DNA of 64,000 nucleotides from Eledone cirrhosa (Eukaryota): NCBI GenBank assembly GCA_964016885.1, contig OZ024741.1, positions 92,752,001 to 92,816,000 of the forward strand, read 5' to 3'. Shown piece by piece: positions 53,843 to 64,000 of this stretch (position 1 is its first letter; each line of letters starts with the position of its first letter). The notes under the pieces were generated by a model. It saw only the letters and a program-made list of their open reading frames with translations, ran no database searches and was not told where the DNA came from. The position numbers and the translations under genes were made by a program.

Positions 53843-56800
53843 CTAACAGTGTTGCGATCGAATGTGGCTTTTTAGCCCAGCCAATGATCTAAAATGTCTT
53901 GCACAGAGTCGGCAACCAAAACATTCACTGGGAATAGTCGGCTGTGGTTGGAGTTCGTGTACTTTTGCATGTCGCTTGAGCCCTCCTGCTGATTTACATT
54001 CTCTACCACATGTTTGGCAATCATGATGAGTAGCATCTCCAACAGCAGCCTGGTAGTCAACCACTGGTCTTACTTTATGACTGCAAAGAAGACTTTCGAG
54101 TCCAGCTTTGCTTAGGCAGAGTCTCGCACAGACGCTGCATGTCAGCACCATAGGAGGACCCTCGCCGTCTGGAAGTGCAACAGCAATGCCCTTCCTCACG
54201 TCCCGCTTTACTTTCTCATGTGCGATTCGAGATGCCTCAAAGGCAACTTTTCCCTCATATACAGTCTTTCTCCATTTATTACGATCAGCAGCAATATTTT
54301 CCCATGTATCAGCAGAGATGTTAGCGTCTTTCAGAGAGGCTTTCAAGGAATCCTTATACCTCCATTTTGGTTTATGTGGCGGTCGTTTTCCTTTAACCAA
54401 CTCTCCATAGAAGAGTTGTTTTGGTATTCTAGAATCCTTCATCCTGGCAAGGTGACCACTCCAACGGAGTCGTTGCTTAAGCACACGAGCTTCTATACTG
54501 TCACACATAGAGCTTTCCAAAATCTCGACATCACTGATGTGGTCCCTCCAGTGAACGCCATGGATCCGTCTGAGACACATCTGATGGAAACGCTCCAATT
54601 GCTTAAGGTGGCGTCGATATGTGACCCAGGTCTCGCAGGCATAAAGAAGACAAGAGAGTACACATGCCCTGTACACCTTTACCTTTGTCCTCCTGCATAT
54701 GTCTCGCCGACCCCAGAGTCGCCTTTCTAGCTTTCCGAAAGCATAACTTGCTTTCCTAATCCTAAGTGAGATTTCACTGTCAAGGTTGCCGTATCGATTG
54801 ACAGTGCTTCCCAGGTAGACAAACTGATCAACCACTCCAAGTCGTTTGCCATACACATAGATATTTGGCTCACTGAACTGCTTACCAGGAGCAGGTTGGT
54901 ACATGACGACGGTTTTCTTGAGACTGATAGTCAAACCCAGGGCAGTGCAAGCGTCAGAAAATGCATTCAAAATGTGCTGCATATGACTCTCTGTGTGCGC
55001 TACAAGATCACAATCATCTGCATACAAGAGGTCTCTTATGATTGATGTAAATACTTTTGTCTTCGCAGCAAAGCGCCTGATGTTAAATATGCTGCCTGAG
55101 GTTCGATATCGGATATAAACACCATGCTCGCAATTCCTGAATGCAATACAGAAAACCATTGCAAAGTATATGGCAAACAGGGTCGGTGCTGGAATATCCC
55201 CCTGTTTCACTCCATTTTTTACTGAGATAGGCTCCGACATGTTACCTCCGACATTAACCCAAGCCTTCGTGTCGTCATGGAAAGACCTAACTAAAGCAAG
55301 GAACTTATCAGGGCAACCAAGTTTCTGGAGAACCTTCCTTAATGCATCTCTGTTGACAGTATCGAAAGCCTTTGTCAGATCGACAAAAACCTGATACAGA
55401 TCCAAGCCTTGTTCAATGCACTTCTCCTGGAGCTGTCTCGCTGAGAAGATCATATCAGTAGTGCCGCGTCCAGCACGAAAACCAGATTGACTTTCAGGAA
55501 GAACACAATCTGCAATGTGTGTCAGCAGACGGTCCAGAAGCACCCTACATAAAACTTTCGCTACGACAGAAAGCAATGATATACCTCTGTAGTTCCCACA
55601 ATCATTCCTGTTACCCTTTCCCTTGTACAAGACCACCATTACTGCATCTCTCCAGTCCTCAGGCACGGATTGATTAGCACATATCCTTCCAAACAAAGAG
55701 TGAAGATGTTGCAGGTGTCTCTCACCACCATATTGTAGGAGCTCAGCATGTATGCTATCCATACCGGGAGATCTTCCACTGTTCAGCTTCGAAATAGCCA
55801 CTGCAACCTCCACAAGCGTCGGAGGTTCTGCGAGAGCTACTTTCACAGGACTTTCCGGAATGAGATTGAGGAAATCTTCACTGACGACAGACGGCTGATT
55901 CAAAAGATCATCAAAGTGCTCTCGCCACCTTCGTAGAATTCCCTGTGAGTCACGAAGAAGTTCTTTGCCATCCTTGCTGCGAAGCGGTGTCACCAGAGAT
56001 GAAGACGGTCCATAAACCTCACGCAAGAGACTGTACAACAGCTTTGTGTTATTGCAATCAGACGCAATTTGTATCTCACCAGCCTTCTCACTCCACCACT
56101 GATCCTTCATCTGAGAAAGACTCCGCCTAACACGTGATTTTACATCCCTGAGCTCCTCATGCAACGTATTCCTCTCCTGTGGTTTTGCCGTCAAGTAGCG
56201 TGACAGAGCACGCCTCTTATCAGCCAACAAGTCTTCTATATATACATCATTCTCATTAAACCAGTCCTGATGTTTTCTCTGCACCAATCCCAGAACACGC
56301 CTGCCTACATCATAAACCGACTTTTTAAGGGTCGGCCAATCCTCACCAAGATCTGCAGCCTGCATCTCTTCTTCCAATGTCCTCTTCACATTTTTATCCT
56401 TAAGACGAGCAGCATTCAATCTTTTGGGCAGGGTAACACCAGGAGCCCGGATTTTACGTTTGGTGATTAGATTCACTTTTGCGCGTACCAGGCGGTGGTC
56501 CGTCCAGCACTCAGCTCCACGAAGAACACGAACACACTGCACATCCTGTCTGTCACGCATCCTGACTAGGACGTAGTCCAAAAGATGCCATTCCTTAGAT
56601 GTAGGATGCATCCATGTGGTCTTGAATTTGTTCTTTTGTTGGAACATGGTGTTGGTAACACACAGATCCAGCCCCTCACACATCTGCAGCAGGAGCATAC
56701 CAATGCTGTTACACTTTCCCACCCCATGCTTTCCGATTACATTCCATGTGTTAAAATCCCTACCCACTCTAGCATTAAAGTCACCAAGCACGATAACTTT

Positions 56801-57388
56801 GTCTGCCTGAGGGATATTTCTTAGAACACCTTTCAAGGCATGGTAAAAGGACAGTTTTTCTTCATCGACAGAATTCATAGTTGGAGCATACACACTCACC
56901 AGGGTAGCATATCTTCCCTTGTCCAGCGGAACTCTCATGGACATAAGACGCTCACTAATCCCTACTTGGAATTCTTCTAATTTATTGACAAGTACAGTCT
57001 TAACAGCAAATCCTACCCCAGCCTCTCTTCTGGTTCCTTCATCTCTTCCTTTCCAGAAGAATGTATATTCTCCACAAAATTCCGTAAGATGACCATCTCC
57101 AGCTAACCTCGTCTCAGATAAAGCCACGATGTCAAGATCGTAACGTCGAAGCTCCTTTGCAACAAGAGCGATCCTTCGTTCAGGACGCTCCAAAGAATCC
57201 CTGTCAAGCAGCGTCCGTACGTTCCAGCAGCCAAGACTAAATGCCCTGTTTGGCTCTATTAAAATGGCACGATGACGGGCAGGCCCAGGTTGTGATAACT
57301 TGGGGCCCCTGCCCTTATTGCCAATGATCTTTTTTGTTCCAGAACCTAAATTGGCAATTATCTCGTTTACATTGTTCTGGAACATCAT
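53843..57388 (-). CDS. Intact RTE-clade LINE ORF, 1181 aa (APE endonuclease, reverse transcriptase, C2H2 zinc fingers)
   Basis: Uninterrupted ORF containing WNVRTL, LSETR, YAPT, GDFNARVG, LDYVL, TDHRLV; YRGISLL, QSGFR, DLTKAFD, GVKQGD, LYADD, YLGS; and C-terminal CxxC...H..H repeats. Confidence 0.95.
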   Translation of the reverse strand: MMFQNNVNEIIANLGSGTKKIIGNKGRGPKLSQPGPARHRAILIEPNRAFSLGCWNVRTLLDRDSLERPERRIALVAKELRRYDLDIVALSETRLAGDGHLTEFCGEYTFFWKGRDEGTRREAGVGFAVKTVLVNKLEEFQVGISERLMSMRVPLDKGRYATLVSVYAPTMNSVDEEKLSFYHALKGVLRNIPQADKVIVLGDFNARVGRDFNTWNVIGKHGVGKCNSIGMLLLQMCEGLDLCVTNTMFQQKNKFKTTWMHPTSKEWHLLDYVLVRMRDRQDVQCVRVLRGAECWTDHRLVRAKVNLITKRKIRAPGVTLPKRLNAARLKDKNVKRTLEEEMQAADLGEDWPTLKKSVYDVGRRVLGLVQRKHQDWFNENDVYIEDLLADKRRALSRYLTAKPQERNTLHEELRDVKSRVRRSLSQMKDQWWSEKAGEIQIASDCNNTKLLYSLLREVYGPSSSLVTPLRSKDGKELLRDSQGILRRWREHFDDLLNQPSVVSEDFLNLIPESPVKVALAEPPTLVEVAVAISKLNSGRSPGMDSIHAELLQYGGERHLQHLHSLFGRICANQSVPEDWRDAVMVVLYKGKGNRNDCGNYRGISLLSVVAKVLCRVLLDRLLTHIADCVLPESQSGFRAGRGTTDMIFSARQLQEKCIEQGLDLYQVFVDLTKAFDTVNRDALRKVLQKLGCPDKFLALVRSFHDDTKAWVNVGGNMSEPISVKNGVKQGDIPAPTLFAIYFAMVFCIAFRNCEHGVYIRYRTSGSIFNIRRFAAKTKVFTSIIRDLLYADDCDLVAHTESHMQHILNAFSDACTALGLTISLKKTVVMYQPAPGKQFSEPNIYVYGKRLGVVDQFVYLGSTVNRYGNLDSEISLRIRKASYAFGKLERRLWGRRDICRRTKVKVYRACVLSCLLYACETWVTYRRHLKQLERFHQMCLRRIHGVHWRDHISDVEILESSMCDSIEARVLKQRLRWSGHLARMKDSRIPKQLFYGELVKGKRPPHKPKWRYKDSLKASLKDANISADTWENIAADRNKWRKTVYEGKVAFEASRIAHEKVKRDVRKGIAVALPDGEGPPMVLTCSVCARLCLSKAGLESLLCSHKVRPVVDYQAAVGDATHHDCQTCGRECKSAGGLKRHAKVHELQPQPTIPSECFGCRLCARHFRSLAGLKSHIRSQHC

Positions 57389-57488
57389 TGAATTGGAAAA
57401 AAAAAAAAAAATAATAATAATAATAATAATAATAATAGTAATAATAATAATAATAATAATAATAGTACACTATTAATAATTATTAATG

Positions 57489-57971
57489 ATTTCTTTATTA
57501 ACCACAAGGGTTTACATAAAGTAGACATTAAGGACAGTGCAGGACAATGCAGGACGGTACAAATGGGCATTTCTGCGTGTAAAAAACAAAAACAGAGGAT
57601 GTAACAAAAATAACAATGAAAAATTCCCCAATAGGGGGGAGACTTCGGAGGGACATTTGTGGAGAAAGCCCAGTAAAAAGCCACAATGACCCTGACCACC
57701 AAGGCAAGTGCCCTCTCCCAGTTTTCCACCTTTAATTTACAGATATATGCTCAGAGTAGGCCCATTCACTCGGGCCATTCTTGCTTCTCTCACCCATCTT
57801 TCAACAAAATGCTGGGAAGAGAGCACTTCCCTCTCTACTCTGATTTTCCTTTTCAAATGAAATTTGAAAAAGTCAATCAGAGCATCACCGAAGAGGTAAG
57901 TGCTCGTCTTCAGCCCTTTCAAACGTGTCCACCATACTATCTCTTTCGCCATGGCCACCAGGCAGATAAAA
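57489..57971 (-). mobile_element. Tx1/L1-like 3' fragment inserted in the RTE 5' region, with 20-bp TSD
   Basis: ACTATTAATAATTATTAATG at 57469-57488 and 57972-57991; ORF AKEIVWWTRLKG...RVEREVL. Confidence 0.8.
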
Positions 57972-57991
57972 ACTATTAATAATTATTAATG

Positions 57992-58255
57992 CACTCGTGC
58001 AATGCCTGTGCGTGACGAATATTTTTAAAGTGAGGAAAGACTGTGCACTGAGCCAATCCCACTCTCTGAGCGACAGTAGCTATAACCCGAAAAGAAGAAA
58101 AGATCAACTGAGCCAAAGGTTTTATATCGGAGTTAACCCAGTTTCCTGAGATGCCTTCTCCTAGAAGAATGCCCTGACAAGGGCTAGGGGTTCTTCACTC
58201 CCGGTGGTTTAACTGCGCGATTGGGCATCCAGCCCGATTATTTCTGTCCCCGCGC

Positions 58256-58257
<2 letters not shown>
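57992..58257 (-). mobile_element. Probable 5' UTR of the RTE element
   Basis: The minus strand has CCCCTAGCCCTTGTCAGGGCATTCTTCTAGGAGAAGG, an RTE-type 5' motif. Homologues lie at 31670-31840 (+) and 49335-49412 (-). Confidence 0.6.
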
Positions 58258-58289
<32 letters not shown>

Positions 58290-58400
58290 CTTATTGACAC
58301 TTATACGTACGACATACACACACACGCATACATATGCGCGCACACAGCAACACATACATACAAACAAACACACACACACGCTACTCTACTTACTTACACG

Positions 58401-58493
<93 letters not shown>

Positions 58494-58793
58494 CCGTCAT
58501 TACTGATACAAGGTTACAAGATTATGTCAACTGTTGACTTTCAAGAGTTTGTATAGTTGAAGACGATCGTATTACAGTCCAGTATTACTATAATTGCTTT
58601 ACAGCATAGAGTTATGGCTCTCCACGGAGTCAACAAAAGAGAGTACCAGTGATGCGCTGGGCCAGTCGCTGGATCCGTGCCAAAAGCAGAAAAATTATTA
58701 TTAAAGTTGTTTTCTTAAGGCCAGGTCGCTGGTGATGGTGATGGCGGCGGCGGTGGCGGTGGTGGTGGTGGTGGCAGTTGATGTTGTTGTTGT

Positions 58794-58851
<58 letters not shown>

Positions 58852-59356
58852 GTTATTTTGAGTTTTTTTTTTTCTTTTTTTTTTTCCCTTCCCCTTTTCT
58901 TTTTTCTTTTCCCTTCCTTTTTTTTATATTTTGATGCCGCTGTTGTTGTTGTTGTAAATGTTCATTTCAGTTCATTCTGAAGCTGTTGTTGCTGTAAACA
59001 TTAGTGCCGGTGTTGTTGTTGTTGTAGATGTTGGGGTTGAAATCTGTATATGTGTGTATATACATCACTCAGTCAAACAACCAGATTTCGACATACATAC
59101 ATGCATACATACATACATACATACATACATACATACATACATACATACATACATACATACATACATACATAATTGTCCTATTTTATCTGCTTGACTAACT
59201 TTTGACAAGACCTTACTGTTCGCGTTAGTAAACAAACACTCATTGTAAACTACCTGTATTTACAAACACACACACATGCATACATACATGATGGCTGCGC
59301 CCTCGTTATCGAGTATGGTCATTGCCGAAAAAAACAAAAATAATAATAATAATAAT

Positions 59357-59905
59357 GATTTCATTTATTATCCACAAGGGCCGACATGTAGGGGACAATA
59401 CAAAGACAGGGACAGTGGGGGTTTTACAATAAGGTCAAGTAAAAGTGTACAATGGCAAGACTAATTTAACACTGAAGATATAAAAAATATAAAATAAACT
59501 ATGCATAAATATAACAAAATAAATTCCCCGATAGGGGGTGAACGACCCTGGGGTGACTCAGGTACCCCATCAATCCTGTACCACCCTGCGCCTCTAGGGT
59601 ACCCAGGGAGAGCACCCCTCTCCTCAAATTAGCTAGCCTATAGGCGCATAGTCTGAGTAGGCCCATTCACACGGGTCATTCTCGCCACATTCATCCACCT
59701 TTTAGCAAATGTACTGGGGGGAAACACTTCTCTCTCAACCCTCACCTTCCTTTCCAGGAGAAACTTGAAGAAGTTGATGAGGGATTGGCCGAAGAGAAAA
59801 GTGCCTGTTTTCAGTCCTTTTAATCTGGTCCACCATATAACCTCTTTCGCAACTGCCACCAGACAGAGGAAAATGTCCTGCTCTTCCTAACCTAGAGAAG
59901 GCGGC
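59357..59905 (-). mobile_element. Tx1/L1-like 3' fragment inserted in (AAT)n
   Basis: ORF 59638-59859 reads VAKEVIWWTRLKG...RVEREV...RVNGP; (AAT)n on both sides. Confidence 0.8.
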
Positions 59906-59954
59906 AATAATAATAATAATAACGACAATAATAATTACAACAATAATAATAATA

Positions 59955-60056
<102 letters not shown>

Positions 60057-60062
60057 AAACAA

Positions 60063-62405
60063 TTAACAGTGCTGCGATCGAATGTGGCTTTTTAGCCCAG
60101 CAAATGATCTAAAATGTCTTTCACAGAGTTGGCAACCAAAACATTCACTGGGAATAGCCGGCTGTGGTTGGAGTTCATGTACTTTTGCATGTCGTTTGAG
60201 CCCTCCTGCTGATTTACATTCTCTACCACATGTTTGGCAAGCATGATGAGTAGCATTTCCAACAGCAGCCTGGTAGTCAACCACTGGTCTCACTTTATGA
60301 CTGCGAAGATGACTTTCGAGTCCAGCTTTGCTGAGGCAGAGTCTCGCACAGACGTTGCATGTTAGCGCCATAGAAGGACCTTCGCTGTCTGGAAATGCAA
60401 CAGTAATGTCTTTCCTCACAAACCCTCTTTACTTTCCCCTCATATACAGTCTTTCTCCATTTATTACGATCAGCAGCAACATTTTCCCATGTATCAGCAG
60501 AGATGTTAGCGTCTTTCAAAGAGGCTTTCAACGAATCCTTATACCTCTTTTTTGGTTTATGTGGATGTCGTCTTCCTTTAACTAACTCTCCATAAAAGAG
60601 TTGTTTTGGTATTCTAGAATCCTTCATCCAGCGGAGTCTTTGCTTGAGCACGAGAGCTTCTATACTGTCACACAGAGAGCTTTCCAAAATCTCGACATCA
60701 CTGATGTGATCCCTCCAGTGAACGCCATGGATCCGTCTGAAACACATCTGATGGAAACATTCCAATTGTTTAAGGTGATGTCGATATGTGACCCAGGTCT
60801 CGCAAGCATAAAGGAGAGAGGAGAGCACACATGTCTTGTACACCCTTACATTTGTCTTCTTGCATATGTCTCGCCGACCCCAGGGTCACCTTTCTAGCTT
60901 TCCGAAAGCATCACTTGCTTTCCTAATCCTGAGTGGAATTTCATTATCAAGGTTGCTGTATCGATTGACAGTGCTTCCCAGGTAGACAAACTGATCAACC
61001 ACTCCAAGTCGTTTACCATACACATAGATATTTGGCTCACTGTACTGCTTACTAGGGGCAGGTTGGTACATGACGACGGTTTTCTTAAGACTGACAGTCA
61101 ATCCTAGAGCAGTGCAAGCATCAGAAAATGCATTCAAAATGTGCTGCATATCACTCTCTGTGTGCGCTACAAGATCGCAATCATCTGCATACAAGAGGTC
61201 TCTTATGATTGATGTAAATACTTTTGTTTTTGCAGCAAAGCGCCTGATGTTAAATATGCTGCCTGAGGTTCGATATCGGATATAAACACCATGCTCGCAA
61301 TTCCTGAATGCAATATAGAAATCCACGCAAAGAATATGGCAAACAGGGTCGGTGCTGGAATATCCCCCTCTTTCACTCCATTTTTTACTGAGATAGGCTC
61401 CGACATGTTACCTCTGACATTAACCCAAGCCTTCATGTCATCATAGAAAGACCTAACCAAAGCAAGGAACTTATCAGGGCAACCAAGTTTCTGGAGAACC
61501 TTCCATAATGCATTTTTGTTAACAGTATCGAAAGCTTTTGTCAGATATACAAAAACCTGATACAGATCCAAACCTTCCATGCACTTCTCCTGGAGCTGTC
61601 TAGCTGGGAAGATCATATCAGTAGTGCCGCGTCCAGCACGAAAACCAGATTGAATTTCAGGAAGAACACAATCTGCAATGTGTGTCAGAAGACGGTCCAG
61701 AAGCGTCCTACATAAAATGTTTCCTACAACAGAAAGCAATGATATACCTCTGTAGTTCCCACAATCATTCCTGTTACCCTTTCCCTTGTACAAGACCACC
61801 ATTACTGCATCGCTCCAGTCCTCAGGTACGGATTCACTAGCCCATATCCTGCCAAACAAAGAGTGAAGATGTTGCAGAAGTCTCTCACCACCATATTGTA
61901 GTAGCTCTGCATGTATGCCATCCATACCTGGAGACCTTCCACTGTTCAGCTTCGATATAGCTACTGCAACCTCCACACGCGTCGGTGGTTCTGCGAGAGC
62001 TACTTTCACAGGATTTTCTGGAATTAGATTGACGTAATGTTCATTGATGACATACGGCTGATTCAAAAGTTCATCAAAGTGCTCTCGTCACCTTCGTAGA
62101 ATTTCTTGTGAGTCACGAAGAAGTTCCTTGCCATCCTTGCTGCGAAGCGGTGTCACCAGAGATGAAGACGGTCCATAAACTTCACGCAAGAGACTGTACA
62201 ACAGCTTTGCGTTATTGGAATCTGATGCAGCTTGTATCTCATCAGCCTTCTCACTCCACTACTTATACTTCATCTGAGAAAGATTCCGCCTAACACGTGA
62301 TTTCACATCCTTGAGTACCTTATGCAACATATTCTTCTCCTGTGGTTTTTCTGTCAAGTAGCGTGACAGTGCACGCCTCTTATCAGCCAACAAGTCTTCT
62401 ATACA
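60063..62405 (-). mobile_element. Second, disrupted copy of the RTE element
   Basis: Highly similar to 53843-56240, with frameshifts and small deletions. Confidence 0.92.
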
Positions 62406-62419
62406 CCCGTAATTCGCTC

Positions 62420-63476
62420 AGTAGTATCGCAGTGAATCCATGGATGAAAAACTGCATGCTTATCAGCAAAAAATCATGCATGGATATGTTTCCAGGAAGC
62501 TCCAGAATGAGAGTAATATAGATAAAGAAAGTAGTCATCTTGGACCAACAACCGCTATGAAGGATACACTTTTGCAATCCAAGAACAGGAAATTAACACG
62601 AAATACCTGATTCACAAAAGAGATAGGGATGCAGGCAAAACACCTAGATGTGACAACAAGTTCAGACTCTGCAGAATTAACACCGAAGATGTCACCCATG
62701 TCATAAGCAGCTGTCCAAAGATGTCATCGCGGTACTATCTACCTATGAAGCCAAAACACTGTACAATTCAATCCGTATAAAAGATAGCCCCGATAATAAA
62801 CACATTAAAAGCTACAGCAATGTGGAAGATATCCATATACATAATATGAAAGAGTACTGGTGGAATGTTCCAGTAAAAACCCCAATAAAATGCAGGCATA
62901 ACAGACCAGATATGATATGTAACAGGGAAAAGAAGGCATGCACAGTAGTGGAAGTTAGCTGCCCAGCAGATGCCAATATAATATCAAAGATTAGCGAAAA
63001 GGAGAATATTTATGCAGAACTGATGAGAAATCTGCAGATACTCCACCCTGATCACACCTTCAGATTTATGCCTGTGATTATTGGGGCACTGGGGTATGTT
63101 AGTAACTGCCTCAATACAAATCTTGAGAAGCTGGGCTTCACGGGAACAGAAAGAACACAACTAGTTAGGAAATTACAAGTGCAATCCATTAATGGAACAG
63201 TAAAAATATGTAAAACATTCCAAAAATGTTGCATCTAATAACTGCATATACACATGTACAGATACAAAGCATATACACATGCACACATACAACTCAAAAC
63301 ATCTACATCTACACATACAATAACATCCATACATACACATGCATGCATGCAGACATGCAGACATAACTACCTAGTTGATGTTGTATAAATTCCAATGAGA
63401 GAGTTTTGTAACTATGTTAGAAACCGACTCTCTCTCTATTGGTAAACATTTGTGAAATTATAAAACCAGAAGAACA
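62420..63476 (+). mobile_element. R4/Dong-like 3' part (second subfamily)
   Basis: EYWWNVP..CRHNRPDM...VVEVSCP..KENIY; ends in (CATA)n. Confidence 0.85.
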
Positions 63477-63518
63477 TACATACATAGATACATACATACA
63501 TAAATACATACATACATA

Positions 63519-64000
63519 GTGAGTCCAAGTGTGCATATTTGGCAGTAAAACGTGGAAGAGCTGTGCCCTCCTCTAGAAATCTAGAGATGAACAATTCAAC
63601 CTCTACAGTCAGATGACAACTACAGATATCTTGGACAGGATGAGAATGTCAGATATGATGGATCCATAAATAAGGATAAAACCAGAACTGAATACCTCAG
63701 AAGAGTAAAGAAAATATGGTCATCAGAACTGTCAGCGTACAACAAATACATTGCCCACAATACTTATGCTGTGCCAATTCTAACGCCAACATTTGGCCTG
63801 CTGAACTGGTCATTGCAAGAACTAAGTGAGATGGATGTTAGAACACGAAAACTTCTCAGTGTTACTGGGAACTTTAACATCAATGGTGATGTGGATAGGC
63901 TATACTTCTCACGCAAGGAAGGTGGCCGGGGTCTAAAATCCGTATTAACATCATATGAGACCCGGATAGTAACACTGAAGCAACGTCTTCAACAGAGGAA
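63519..64000 (+). mobile_element. 5'-truncated R4/Dong-like copy running off the window
   Basis: Near-identical to 50089-50578; begins directly after (CATA)n. Confidence 0.9.

Overview
AT-rich, microsatellite-dense animal genomic DNA. The SINE families and the (TA)n/(CA)n/(CATA)n load resemble an octopus genome; this is inferred from repeat content, not confirmed. Most of the 64 kb is transposon debris: Penelope-like elements with hammerhead-like motifs, RTE, R4/Dong-like, Tx1/L1-like and RNase H-bearing LINEs, one full-length Gypsy-like LTR element with a TSD, a Helitron, a hAT remnant, MITEs and many tRNA-derived SINEs. One RTE ORF (1181 aa) is intact. The only host gene I can support is missed by the ORF track: a 3-exon gene on + (about 25931-30735) encoding an 88-aa secreted precursor. 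It has a signal peptide, a Tyr/Arg- then Pro-rich cationic arm, and a 6-Cys beta-defensin-like domain, making it a candidate new antimicrobial or venom-type peptide. Other notable signals are an LTR primer-binding site complementary to the 5' end of tRNA-Phe and R4/Dong-like elements repeatedly inserted into (CATA)n microsatellites. Nearly all short ORFs in the track are microsatellite artefacts.
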